DNA of 64,000 bases from Pseudomonadota bacterium. GTDB taxonomy: Bacteria > Pseudomonadota > Gammaproteobacteria > Pseudomonadales > Azotimanducaceae. The translations under genes were made by a program, and so were the position numbers. The notes beneath the pieces were generated by a model. That model had not been told where the DNA came from, made no database searches, and saw only the letters and a program-made list of their open reading frames with translations. The first letter of the stretch is position 1. The number at the start of each line of letters is the position of its first letter. Shown here piece by piece: positions 8,983 through 19,018 of this stretch. Where the stretch lies: the NCBI GenBank assembly GCA_036338285.1, contig JAYZCO010000090.1:79234-143233 (forward strand), given 5' to 3'.

Positions 8983-9801
8983 TTAGGTGTTGGATCCCCA
9001 GGTCAGGAGAAGCTTGTTGCTGCCCTGGGCCATGATATTTGGTCGTCGGCCAAACCGACAGTGATGTCCCGTCGAGCATTCTCCTGAACGGACATCGAAA
9101 GCATAGCCATGCCATGGACATGTGATCGTGCCATCCTCAGCCACTCGCCCCGCCATTGGGCCCAACTGATGCGGGCAGGTTTGCGGATAGATCACCCATT
9201 CGTCCTCAAACCTATCGATGAGAAACGTTCTGCCAGACATTGACACATCGATCGGCAGATCCCCCGTCACATCAACTTCTGATTCTTCAGTCATATCGAT
9301 CGCATCCAGACGAGCATCAAGCTGCTTTTGCCGTTCAGTCATCATCCAGACATCTTCGTCGTACAGCGACTCGTAAGACCTGGCGTAGGCGATTCCGACT
9401 TTCTCCCGTGCCGCCTGCGGCACGCCAGGGACAAAGAAATCGATCACGATGTCCATCTGATGTGGCCCGGTTACAAACACGTGGGTCCAGATCTCCGTAC
9501 CCTGACTGGGTCCTTCCAGATTCCTCGTGATCCAGCGTCTGCAGGTGCGATCGAGCCGAAGTTCAAGCAGCCTCACATGTTCCTTACTGTCAACAACACG
9601 ACAACGCCAACCCCAAGCTCCGGCGTCGAGGCAGCTTATCTGGGTAAAACTCGAGCCGTGCAGGTACGGCAGGTGTTCCCAATCAAGGGCATTTTCGTAC
9701 ATGCGGTCCAGATTGACAGGCAATGTTCGCTTGTAGGTACCTACATGATCCAGGCCTGAGCCCTCGAAGGGCGGACAATACTCGTATCTTAGCCCCGTCA
9801 T
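8983..9801 (-). CDS. Rieske oxygenase-like protein with N-terminal catalytic domain and C-terminal Rieske [2Fe-2S] domain
   Basis: ENALDWEHLPYLH and LYDEDVWM mononuclear-iron motifs precede CPH...CPWH Rieske ligands. Overlaps the ileS stop (ATGA). Confidence 0.8.
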   Translation of the reverse strand: MTGLRYEYCPPFEGSGLDHVGTYKRTLPVNLDRMYENALDWEHLPYLHGSSFTQISCLDAGAWGWRCRVVDSKEHVRLLELRLDRTCRRWITRNLEGPSQGTEIWTHVFVTGPHQMDIVIDFFVPGVPQAAREKVGIAYARSYESLYDEDVWMMTERQKQLDARLDAIDMTEESEVDVTGDLPIDVSMSGRTFLIDRFEDEWVIYPQTCPHQLGPMAGRVAEDGTITCPWHGYAFDVRSGECSTGHHCRFGRRPNIMAQGSNKLLLTWGSNT

Positions 9802-12800
9802 TGCCTTTTCACTCGTTGCAGCGTGAAACGAAAGGAAAATCCATCGATTTCCGTGCTGTGCCCCTTTTCCGACACTTCACCTAACTGCCAATCTAGGGCC
9901 AGTACTTCACGACAGATATCCTGACCATGTTCACTGGCTGCTTGTGCAAGTTCACCTTCAACGGCATAAACAACCCTAATGCGGTCGGCGACGTCGAAGC
10001 CATCTTCTTTGCGCGCTCGCTGTATACGGTTCACAATCTCACGGGCATAGCCTCCACGGATCAATTCAGGCGTGAGGTTACAATTAAGGTCGACAGCGAT
10101 TCGTGAGTTGGAGACTGTACCTGTACCTTCGCGCGCCTGCTGTAATACCTCGATCTCTTCATTTGTAAAACGCTCGCCTTCTATCTCGATTTCACCCCGG
10201 TTCTGGAGTGCACTGATGGCGCTTGCATCCAGCGTCATGATGGCTTTTTGAAAACGCTTCATTTCCTTACCGAGCCTTTTCCCAAGCACTGGGTAATTAG
10301 GTTTTGCCACCAGTTCTATATAAGCGCCTTCATCCGCGTCGTAGTTGACATTCTGGACATTGAGTTCATCGGCAATATAGCTCGTCAGTTCAGCCATCTC
10401 GTCCAACAAACTCTGATCACGATTCACGACAGTCAGTTCTGATAACGGGGTACGAAGCCCAATTTTCACCTCTTCCCGCTTCTGGCGACCGAGGAGAATC
10501 ACCTGCTGCATACGATCTACGGCTATCTCCAACGACGGCTTGACAAAATCCTCTTCCGCCTCGGGATAGTCACATAAGTGCACCGATTCGGGTGAGGGTG
10601 CCTTGCCGGACAGCGTGGCAAGTTCACGATATAAATACTCAGACAGAAACGGAGTAAACGGCGCCATTACCTGACAAAGTTCCAGTAACGCCGTGTACAG
10701 CGCACTGTACGCGGAGATCTTATCTCCAGTCACTTCTTCACCCCAGTAACGGGCCCGATTCAGACGGATATACCAGTTGGTGAGGTCTTCGATGAAGACG
10801 AAAAGCTGTGGTACGACATTGTAGAGCTGATAACTTTCCATCTCCGTGCCGATGTTCGCTTTCAGCGTCTGTAGCCTCGACATGATCCACTGGTCAAGAA
10901 CGTTATCGCCAAAATGAAGCCCTTTATCAGGAGACCAGTCATCGATCGCCGCATAGGTCTTCAGGAAAGAAAACGCGTTGTACCATGGTAGAAGCACGCG
11001 GCGCGTCATGTCCCGTACTCCGGAGTCCGCAAACCGCTGCTCTTCACCACGCACTAAGCCTGAATTGATGAGATAAAGCCTAAGCGCATCTGCCCCATAT
11101 GCTTCCATGAGCTCATCCGGCGGCGTGTAGTTGCGCAGCCGTTTCGACATCTTTTTTCCGTCTTCCGCCATGACCATGCCGTTGACGATCACGTTGCGAA
11201 ACGCAGGTTTATCAAAAATAGCCGCTGCCAGCACAGTCAGCGTATAGAACCAACCACGCGTCTGATCCAACCCTTCGGCGATAAATTCGGCTGGGAAACC
11301 GGCCGTAAATACATTCGTGTTCTCAAACGGGTAGTGCAGTTGCGCATAGGGCATTGAACCCGATTCAAACCAGCAGTCGAGCACTTCAGAAACCCGCCGA
11401 TATTCGCCGTCCTCACCGGCCACTCTGAAGGTCAGCGGATCCACGTTTTCGCGGTGAAGGTCTTCAACTGTTACACCCGTACGATCTTTGAGGTCCTCTA
11501 TGGATCCCATACACACCGCGTTGCCAGTCGTATCGTTGATCCACACAGGCAGAGGCGTACCCCAGACTCGGTTGCGGGAGATCGCCCAATCCTGTGCACC
11601 CTCCAACCAGTTACCGAAGCGACCTGATTTGATGTGATTTGGCACCCAACGAATTTGCTCATTCGCATCAATCAGCTTCTCCCTGATCGAGGTCACATTG
11701 ACATACCACGACGGAATTGCACGATAGATGAGCGGCGTATCAGATCGATAACAGTAGGGGTAGCTGTGTTGAATGGTTTCCTGTCTGAAGAGTGCACCCC
11801 GGTCTTTCAGATAACGAATGATGTCTTTGTCCGCATTTTTTACATGCTGTCCCGCAAAGTCATCTACCTCCTCAGTAAACTCCCCATGAACCGTTACCGG
11901 ACACGCAAAAGCCTCAATACCGTGATCTCTTAGAATCCGATAATCATCCTCACCAAAGGCCGGAGCCTGGTGGACCATTCCGGTGCCGCTCTCGGTGCTG
12001 ACATAGTCGTCCGCCACAACCACAAAGGCACCCTGTTCGACCTGATCGGCAAAGTAAGGAAAGAGAGGCTCATATTTCCTCCCTACCAGCTCACGACCGG
12101 GTAGCCGAGCTTTTTCTTCATAGGCCCCATAGGCGCTCACTCGATCTGCAGCGATATATAAATCTCGACCAGCATCAGGATCGGTGACGAGCACATACTC
12201 GATGTCATCACCTACACAGATTGCAAGATTCGAAGGCAGTGTCCATGGTGTTGTCGTCCACGTCGCAAGATACGCATCTTCATCTGTGAGCTTAAACAGG
12301 ACAGTAATTGCCGGATCCTGCACATCCATATAATTAGAAGTCGCCTCGAAGTTTGACAAGGGTGTGCCCAGCGCAGTGCTCACCGGCATGACTTTCACAC
12401 CTTCGTATATGAGGCCCTTATCCCACAGCTGCTTGAACACCCACCAGACTGACTCCATGTACCAGGGGTCCATGGTTTTGTAGTCTTCATCGAAATCGAT
12501 CCAGCGACCCAACCGGCTAATGGTGTGTCGCCATTCACTGACGTAGCGTTGCACGATCGCACGACATTGATCGTTGTACCCACCAACACCCAGCTCCTCT
12601 ACTGCCTGTTGTGCAGACATGCCGAGCTGTTTATCAATCTCGTGCTCAATCGGCAAACCATGGCAATCCCAACCAAAACGACGCAACACATACCTTCCGC
12701 GCATCGTCCAGTACCGAGGAACAATGTCCTTAATCGTGCTCGCAACGAGATGACCGTGATGAGGCAGGCCGGTCGCAAAGGGCGGGCCGTCGTAGAATAT

Positions 12801-12926
12801 GTAAGGTTTTTTGTCCTGAGTATTTTCTAACGATTTCTTAAAAGCACCAATCTCGTCCCAAAGCTTCAGGATGTCGTGCTCCATCGACACGAAAGAGAAT
12901 TGCGTGCTGTCGACAAACTCAGCCAT
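9798..12926 (-). CDS. ileS: Isoleucine-tRNA ligase, type 2
   Basis: DGPPFATGLPHHGH, GWDCHGLPIE, WTTTPWTLPSN and KMSKR. 1042 aa with C-terminal GYAREIVNRIQRARK and no C-terminal Zn finger. Confidence 0.97.
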   Translation of the reverse strand: MAEFVDSTQFSFVSMEHDILKLWDEIGAFKKSLENTQDKKPYIFYDGPPFATGLPHHGHLVASTIKDIVPRYWTMRGRYVLRRFGWDCHGLPIEHEIDKQLGMSAQQAVEELGVGGYNDQCRAIVQRYVSEWRHTISRLGRWIDFDEDYKTMDPWYMESVWWVFKQLWDKGLIYEGVKVMPVSTALGTPLSNFEATSNYMDVQDPAITVLFKLTDEDAYLATWTTTPWTLPSNLAICVGDDIEYVLVTDPDAGRDLYIAADRVSAYGAYEEKARLPGRELVGRKYEPLFPYFADQVEQGAFVVVADDYVSTESGTGMVHQAPAFGEDDYRILRDHGIEAFACPVTVHGEFTEEVDDFAGQHVKNADKDIIRYLKDRGALFRQETIQHSYPYCYRSDTPLIYRAIPSWYVNVTSIREKLIDANEQIRWVPNHIKSGRFGNWLEGAQDWAISRNRVWGTPLPVWINDTTGNAVCMGSIEDLKDRTGVTVEDLHRENVDPLTFRVAGEDGEYRRVSEVLDCWFESGSMPYAQLHYPFENTNVFTAGFPAEFIAEGLDQTRGWFYTLTVLAAAIFDKPAFRNVIVNGMVMAEDGKKMSKRLRNYTPPDELMEAYGADALRLYLINSGLVRGEEQRFADSGVRDMTRRVLLPWYNAFSFLKTYAAIDDWSPDKGLHFGDNVLDQWIMSRLQTLKANIGTEMESYQLYNVVPQLFVFIEDLTNWYIRLNRARYWGEEVTGDKISAYSALYTALLELCQVMAPFTPFLSEYLYRELATLSGKAPSPESVHLCDYPEAEEDFVKPSLEIAVDRMQQVILLGRQKREEVKIGLRTPLSELTVVNRDQSLLDEMAELTSYIADELNVQNVNYDADEGAYIELVAKPNYPVLGKRLGKEMKRFQKAIMTLDASAISALQNRGEIEIEGERFTNEEIEVLQQAREGTGTVSNSRIAVDLNCNLTPELIRGGYAREIVNRIQRARKEDGFDVADRIRVVYAVEGELAQAASEHGQDICREVLALDWQLGEVSEKGHSTEIDGFSFRFTLQRVKRQ

Positions 12927-13006
12927 GGGTTGCTGAATACTCTAATTTCAGGAAGGCGCGTATAGTACAGATCCAAATAGCAACTTGCATCCAAAGGGGC
13001 AACATC

Positions 13007-13867
13007 ATGCAGATAGGGGCTGTACTACCGCACAATGAAATCGGCACTGATCCCGGTGCGATGAAAGCCTATGCGCAAGGCATTGAAGCGCTTGGCATGA
13101 CGCATATGCTCCTCTACGATCATGTGCTCGGCGCCGATCCGAACCGACCTGGTGGATTTCAAGGGCCTTATGACAAAGACATCGCCTTTCATGAGCCGTT
13201 TACTACCTTCGCCTTTATCGCCGCCGTGACGAATAAGATCGAAATGGTTTCCAACGTGCTAATTCTGCCACAGCGTCAAACAGCCCTGGTCGCCAAGCAG
13301 GCAGCAGAGGTCGCTGTCCTTTCCAACAACCGACTAAGGCTCGGTGTGGGCACAGGCTGGAACAAAGTGGAATATGACGCACTGGGTATACCCTTCACCC
13401 AGCGGGGGAAACGTCAGGAAGAGCAGATAGAGCTCCTACGTCTTCTCTGGAGCGAAGATAGCCTCGATTACACCGGTGACTATCATCGTGTTGAATATGC
13501 ATCCATTAATCCACGGCCTTCGAAACCTATCCCCATCTGGTTTGGTGGACAAATACCTAAGGTCCTCTCACGTGCTGCAAAGATCGGCGACGGTTGGATG
13601 CCATTGGGTGGCCCAAACGCCGCATCCTCAGAAATGATCGAGCATCTAAAACAGGCCCGGACTGATGCAGGGCGTAACTGGTCAGATTTTGGCATTCAGG
13701 CACAGGCAATGTTTCGTGGTGGGGATCCAGAACGTTATGCAAAGCATGCACAAGGTTGGAGAACTCTGGGTGCAACCCACCTGGCGATCCGTACAGACAG
13801 CTGTGGTTACGACTCTGTCGATGAGCACCTGAAGTCAATAGAAGCATACGTCCAGGCAATCAGTTAG
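13007..13867 (+). CDS. LLM-class (luciferase-like) oxidoreductase, probably F420-dependent
   Basis: YDHVLG, HEPFTTFAFIAA, LILPQRQTALVAKQAAEV, RLRLGVGTGWN and PIPIWFGG. Confidence 0.85.
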   Translation: MQIGAVLPHNEIGTDPGAMKAYAQGIEALGMTHMLLYDHVLGADPNRPGGFQGPYDKDIAFHEPFTTFAFIAAVTNKIEMVSNVLILPQRQTALVAKQAAEVAVLSNNRLRLGVGTGWNKVEYDALGIPFTQRGKRQEEQIELLRLLWSEDSLDYTGDYHRVEYASINPRPSKPIPIWFGGQIPKVLSRAAKIGDGWMPLGGPNAASSEMIEHLKQARTDAGRNWSDFGIQAQAMFRGGDPERYAKHAQGWRTLGATHLAIRTDSCGYDSVDEHLKSIEAYVQAIS

Positions 13868-13912
13868 CAGGACAAACCACCCTGGGCACAACCGAATCAG
13901 GACGTGAATCGC

Positions 13913-14215
13913 TTAATTGGCAGCAACGGCCACCAAGTCTTCAACGTAGACAGGGTTCAAACGATGGCCCATGGCATAACCGTCGACTATAAAGTCGCGC
14001 AGCGTTTCCATTGCCTTTTGTTCAGAAGTGGCTTTTTTCAGCAATTCGACCAGCAACTCGCCTTCAATCTCGGCTTCGAAGCGGGTGTCATACGGCCCGA
14101 TATCCACACCCTCGCGAGTCTGAACGTACCAGCTGTCTTCAGCCAGCATAATCACGCGTTCCGAGCGAAACCAGACTTTAGCCTCTTCATTTTGTCGTTT
14201 AGCGAGTGTTTGCAT
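13913..14215 (-). CDS. Small conserved-type hypothetical protein (DUF6316-like)
   Basis: WFRSER...WYVQTREG.DIGPYDTRFEAE pattern; GGAG RBS. Confidence 0.7.
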   Translation of the reverse strand: MQTLAKRQNEEAKVWFRSERVIMLAEDSWYVQTREGVDIGPYDTRFEAEIEGELLVELLKKATSEQKAMETLRDFIVDGYAMGHRLNPVYVEDLVAVAAN

Positions 14216-14334
14216 ACTCCCGACCTATTGTTACTGCAAAGGACCATAGAAGTGTGCCACGACCGACTCGGTCGCGTGTGCTGGTTATGCAATAGTTGTA
14301 AGAAGGTATTTACACTCATCCTCAGGAGACATTC

Positions 14335-15579
14335 ATGTTTGAGATATCGACCGAAGCCCAGGCTGTAAGGGATGCTGTTCAGTCTTTCTATCTTGAGAAG
14401 ATTCTGCCCAATCATCACCGTTGGTCAGCAGAGGCAGAACAATACGAAGAACCGCCTATTGAGGCAGAGCTTCGCGCCGAAGCTAAAGCTCTGGGGCTTT
14501 GGAATCTCGCGTTGCCTCGGCTTGCCCCCGATGAAACAGGGACGCGGTTGTCTAACCTTGAGTTCACAGCCGTTGCGGAAATTCTAGGCAAGCTCCCCTG
14601 GGCATCTCGCGTATTCAATAGTCATGCACCCGACACACCCAACATGGAACTCCTCCAGCTTTTCGCAACGCCGACACAAAAATCGGCATTCCTAAGCCCA
14701 TTACTTGAAGGTGATTGCGGCTCCTGTTTTTCAATGACAGAACCAGAAACTGCATCTTCCGATGCCGCTAATCTGAAGACGACCATTACCCGGGATGGAG
14801 ACAATTACGTGATCAACGGGCGGAAGTGGTTTTCCTCCAATGGCTCGCTAAAAAGGACGCGATTCACCATTTTGGTTGGCGTGACTGATCCCAATGCCGC
14901 CAAATCAAAACGACAAAGCCTCATCATCGTTCCCCTCGACTTGAAAGGCATCAAAGTGGAGCGCGATGTGCCTATTTTCGGAGCAGTTCACAAAACCGGC
15001 GGTCACACCCAATTCCACTTCGACAACGTCGTCGTACCCGCTGAAAATATACTCGGTGAGGAAGGCGCCGGTTTCGCAATTGCGCAAGCTAGATTGGGAC
15101 CAGCCCGTCTCCATCATTGCATGCGGGCGATCGGCGAATGCGAGGTGTTGGTTTCGTTGATGATCAAACGCGCGCGCGCACGCAGCACATTTGGCCGCTC
15201 AATCGAGGACTACAGTTCTACAAAAGAATCGGTCGCGCTCTCCCGTATCGAACTCGATCAGGTCCGCCTGCTCGTACAACGCGTCGCTTGGCAATTAGAC
15301 ACAGTGGGTAATCAAGCAGCCCGTAAGCAGATCTCCATGATCAAGGTGGCGACCTTTCGCGTATACCAAGCGATCGCCGACCGTGCTATCCAGTTGTTCG
15401 GCGCTGCTGGCATGACCGCCGATTCACCCGCTGCTGGCGCCATGGTCAGAGCCCGGGGCTTGCGTATTGCAGATGGTCCGGATGAGGTTCACCTGCAGAC
15501 AATTTACAGGCTAGAGGCAAACGAACAGGACCTGGACGGGCTTGACGCCTATCTGGGTCCCGACGCACTGGGCCATTAA
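14335..15579 (+). CDS. Acyl-CoA dehydrogenase
   Basis: APDTPNMELL, FSMTEPETASSDA, YVINGRKWFSS, AQARLGPARLHHCMR and RIADGPDEVH. Confidence 0.94.
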   Translation: MFEISTEAQAVRDAVQSFYLEKILPNHHRWSAEAEQYEEPPIEAELRAEAKALGLWNLALPRLAPDETGTRLSNLEFTAVAEILGKLPWASRVFNSHAPDTPNMELLQLFATPTQKSAFLSPLLEGDCGSCFSMTEPETASSDAANLKTTITRDGDNYVINGRKWFSSNGSLKRTRFTILVGVTDPNAAKSKRQSLIIVPLDLKGIKVERDVPIFGAVHKTGGHTQFHFDNVVVPAENILGEEGAGFAIAQARLGPARLHHCMRAIGECEVLVSLMIKRARARSTFGRSIEDYSSTKESVALSRIELDQVRLLVQRVAWQLDTVGNQAARKQISMIKVATFRVYQAIADRAIQLFGAAGMTADSPAAGAMVRARGLRIADGPDEVHLQTIYRLEANEQDLDGLDAYLGPDALGH

Positions 15580-16433
15580 CCGTGCACTGATTCAATCAAT
15601 GCGTCTGCACGTAGTGCGAGTTTCTCCACCGTGCGGGCACCCAACGGGGCGACAATTTGCTCAACACCCAAGTCTGCGTAGGCAGAACTGGTTTGTGCGT
15701 TAATCGGATGACGGTTGGGGCCAACATACAGCATCAGGTCATCTCGGCTTCGGCCGGCCTGAGCGAGTTTTTCGTCCAATTGAGGTAACTTAGCAGCGAG
15801 GCCCTCGGGGCTGATGTCATAGGCATACCACCCTTGTCCGCGTTCTGCGACCCGGCGCATGGCCGGTCCGCTCTCGCCACCGAAAAAGATCGGCGGATGC
15901 GGCGTCTGCACCGGTTTCGGGTTGAAATGACAAGGGCTGAGCGTGACGGTCTCGCCATTAAATTCACTCACTCCAGGGCTCCACAGCGCGCGCATCGCGT
16001 CTATATATTCATCGCAAGCCTTCGCTCGAGTCCCGAAATCCATCCCCAGATTGTCAAATTCTTCTTTCAACCAGCCAATCCCAACACCGAAATCGACACG
16101 GCCACCTGATAGGAAATCCACGTCCGCAACCATTTTAGCTGTGTATACGGGTTGTCGCTGTGGCACCAGACAAATACCTGTGCCAAGACGTACTTTTTGC
16201 GTGTGACTCGCAATGAACGTCATCGCGGTAAACGGATCAAGAATACCCTCCGGGTCACCCGGGATGCGCCCCGTGTCGCTGTACGGGTATTTGGATGCAT
16301 AATCGGGGAAAAAAAGTACGTGCTCCGGTAACCAGATCGAGTCAATCCCCTTCTCTTCCACCATCTGTACCGCGTCTCGGATGAATTCGGCCGGGGTATG
16401 TGCCCCAAAAGCCATTGCAGCACCTATTTTCAT
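15576..16433 (-). CDS. LLM-class oxidoreductase, probably F420-dependent
   Basis: SIWLPEHV, DPFTAMTFIA, RLGTGICLVPQR, GRVDFGVGIGWLKEEF and PKPVQTPHPPIFFGG. Confidence 0.87.
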   Translation of the reverse strand: MKIGAAMAFGAHTPAEFIRDAVQMVEEKGIDSIWLPEHVLFFPDYASKYPYSDTGRIPGDPEGILDPFTAMTFIASHTQKVRLGTGICLVPQRQPVYTAKMVADVDFLSGGRVDFGVGIGWLKEEFDNLGMDFGTRAKACDEYIDAMRALWSPGVSEFNGETVTLSPCHFNPKPVQTPHPPIFFGGESGPAMRRVAERGQGWYAYDISPEGLAAKLPQLDEKLAQAGRSRDDLMLYVGPNRHPINAQTSSAYADLGVEQIVAPLGARTVEKLALRADALIESVHG

Positions 16434-16724
16434 ATATCGTCTCCTGTGGTGTTGTCAGCCATTCTTACCGGATCCTGTATGCATAGAAAGAATTCCAGGT
16501 CCGATTGGTCACAATCTTCCCCTAGTTTGCACTTCCCTGCCAGATACAACCAGGTGAGTGATGCACAGAATCCCAACGCTCATCACGCACCCACTCGTAG
16601 TCTAACTCTTCCAAAGCCCATCATCTTAGGTCATCCTTGGCAAACAGCGCATTCTCCTGTTGACGAAACCTTTGCAAGGAACGTACGGATCCAATCGTAA
16701 ATCTGGCATCCTGATTGATAAAAC

Positions 16725-17291
16725 ATGGATATTCTCCGACATGATGTCGTCTCAGACGATACCGAAGCCCTGATTCTCGTGGACAACGAGGACAACGAAA
16801 TCGGCTCCCTGGACAAGACTGCCTGTCACGATGGGACTGGCGTGCTGCATCGCGCGTTTTCAGTCTTCATCTTCAACGAAGATGGCGAGTTGCTGATGCA
16901 GAAACGGGCGGCAGACAAAAGACTGTGGCCAGATTTCTGGTCAAATTCCTGCTGTTCGCACCCTCGTCTAGGCGAAGATATCGATGTCGCAATACATAGG
17001 CGCTGTGAGCAGGAACTGGGGTTGTGCACCCACTTGGAATATGCGTACAAATTTGAATACTCAGCGGAATTTGGGGAGCTCGGCACCGAACACGAACTCT
17101 GCTCGGTCTATGTAGGCACCTTCGTCGGAGAGTTGAACGTCAACACTGCCGAGGTCAGCGCCATCAAATGGTTAAGCATCAAAGCCGTGGATCAGGAACT
17201 GTACGCCAATACAGATCAGTATACGCCTTGGTTTAAGCTTGAGTGGGCCAGACTCCGGGCAGATTTCGCCCACCTCCTGCCTCGAGGATAA
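16725..17291 (+). CDS. idi: Isopentenyl-diphosphate delta-isomerase, type 1
   Basis: LHRAFSVFIF, WSNSCCSHP, EHELCSVY and YTPWFK. Confidence 0.95.
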   Translation: MDILRHDVVSDDTEALILVDNEDNEIGSLDKTACHDGTGVLHRAFSVFIFNEDGELLMQKRAADKRLWPDFWSNSCCSHPRLGEDIDVAIHRRCEQELGLCTHLEYAYKFEYSAEFGELGTEHELCSVYVGTFVGELNVNTAEVSAIKWLSIKAVDQELYANTDQYTPWFKLEWARLRADFAHLLPRG

Positions 17292-17305
17292 ATTTACCCT
17301 CTCGG

Positions 17306-18460
17306 TCAGCGCGACAGGATGGTGACCCCACTGATACCTGGTGCACCGTACACATGGGTATAGGCAACCTTCGGGTCATTTGGAACCTGGCGTTCCCCAG
17401 CCTGCCCTTTGAGTTGCAAGACGTTTTCATATATCTGCCGGAGTCCGGACGCGCCAATCGGCTCACCATTGGCAATACAACCACCATCGGTGTTAACTGG
17501 TAGACGCCCGGTAATTTCCGTATCACCGCGCTCGAGCATCGCCTCCTGTTCGCCATCGACGCAGAACCCATTTTCGGCCATGTGCATGATTTCGGCGCCC
17601 GACTCGGTGTCCTGCAACTGCGCAACATCAACGTCATCCGGGCCAATGCCGGCTTCTTCGAAAGCAGCCTTCGATGCATCCGCTGTCGGACCATCACCCT
17701 CTTCTTTGGGCAGCCAGGAGGTTTTTACCTCAAAACTCCCAAAGCGGCGTGAGCGCATAACAGCGGCTTTCAGATAGACAGGCTTATCACTGTATTTGTG
17801 CGCCAGATCTGCACGGCACACAACGAGCGCAACCCCGCCTTCACCGGGGCTGCAGAACATGTACTGAGTCAGAGGATATGCAAGCATTTGCGATTGCAGA
17901 ATTTCTTCTTCGCTGAGCGGCTTTTTGCGCCAAGCCATCGGGTTCATAGATCCGTTGCGCGTCGCTTTGGCAGCAACCTTGGCCAGGGCCCGATGGCTGA
18001 TGCCATGTTTTTGCATATAACGGTTGATTTTGATGGCGAAAAACTGCGGATTGATCGCCATACCACTACCACCGTACCAATCAAGCCCATCCCGGATCGG
18101 ATGCACAGGTTCATCACTGGCAAAGGCACCTCGTGGGTGCTTATCGAACCCAATTGCAATGCCAACATCATACATCCCCGCACGGATCGCGTTGGCCGCG
18201 GTCGCAAGGGCGGTCCCGCCAGTAGCACAACCGTTCATGACGTTGGTGAACTGCAGGCCCGTAAGCCCCAGCATCGAAACCATCTTATCAGGTGCACCGG
18301 CGGCCATGCTGCCGCCCACGGCAAACTGCAGGTCTTGCCAGGCAATGCCAGCATCTTTGCACGCAGCGCGTACCGCGACCGCGCCTTGCTCCATCCCCGT
18401 CACACCATCGTGACGGCCAAAGGGGTGCATGCCAATCCCGACAATTGCTACATCATTCAT
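17306..18460 (-). CDS. SCP2/Ltp-type thiolase family protein
   Basis: VAIVGIGMHPFG, NGCATGG and PVNTDGG..ANGEPIGASG; paired with a DUF35 gene. Confidence 0.88.
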   Translation of the reverse strand: MNDVAIVGIGMHPFGRHDGVTGMEQGAVAVRAACKDAGIAWQDLQFAVGGSMAAGAPDKMVSMLGLTGLQFTNVMNGCATGGTALATAANAIRAGMYDVGIAIGFDKHPRGAFASDEPVHPIRDGLDWYGGSGMAINPQFFAIKINRYMQKHGISHRALAKVAAKATRNGSMNPMAWRKKPLSEEEILQSQMLAYPLTQYMFCSPGEGGVALVVCRADLAHKYSDKPVYLKAAVMRSRRFGSFEVKTSWLPKEEGDGPTADASKAAFEEAGIGPDDVDVAQLQDTESGAEIMHMAENGFCVDGEQEAMLERGDTEITGRLPVNTDGGCIANGEPIGASGLRQIYENVLQLKGQAGERQVPNDPKVAYTHVYGAPGISGVTILSR

Positions 18461-18495
18461 TTTTTTCTTCCGCTGTGTTAATTCAGTTTACGAAA

Positions 18496-18945
18496 CTATC
18501 CGGCTCTGTCGGTGTACTGACCGTCTACCGGTGCAAAGGCAAAAGTCACTACGTCATTGCCTTTATCGTCCTTATAAAGGGTTTCAACTATCAGGGTCAT
18601 TGCCATGCCCTCTTTCAGCTTGGCGGGCTCTGTCTCAGTAAGGCGTGCTTCAACCACGACCTCTGGCAACTCTACATAACCCACCCCGAAGGGTTTGAAT
18701 TTCTTCGGGTCGTTATCACCAAGAAACGGCGGACGCTTAGGGGGGAAGCCCTGTACAGTCCAACCCCAAAGCGTACCCTCAGTCCCGAGAGGCACCGATT
18801 CAATGTCAACACCTGCGCATTTAGGACAGCCGCTGAGTTCAGGAAAGGTGTAGTTGCCACAGCTTTTGCACCTACCACCAACGAGGTGGGGTGATTGGCC
18901 GCTGACATCAAGTACAAAGTCGTTGATCGATATTTGTTGTCCCAC
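18496..18945 (-). CDS. Zn-ribbon/OB-fold acyl-CoA-binding protein (DUF35)
   Basis: RCKSCG..FP...CPKC Zn ribbon and PFGVGYVEL. GTG start at 18945 preferred. Confidence 0.88.
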   Translation of the reverse strand: MGQQISINDFVLDVSGQSPHLVGGRCKSCGNYTFPELSGCPKCAGVDIESVPLGTEGTLWGWTVQGFPPKRPPFLGDNDPKKFKPFGVGYVELPEVVVEARLTETEPAKLKEGMAMTLIVETLYKDDKGNDVVTFAFAPVDGQYTDRAG

Positions 18946-19018
18946 GCGCACTCTCTTGTTGCATATTTTTCGTTTCACATGACTTTAAAGCCACAGCTGC
19001 CACCCCGGCAGCACCTTC

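Noticed and set aside
16703-16720. Sigma54-like TGGCA-N7-TTGA upstream of idi
   Set aside because: It lacks the invariant GC at -12 and is too close to the start codon.
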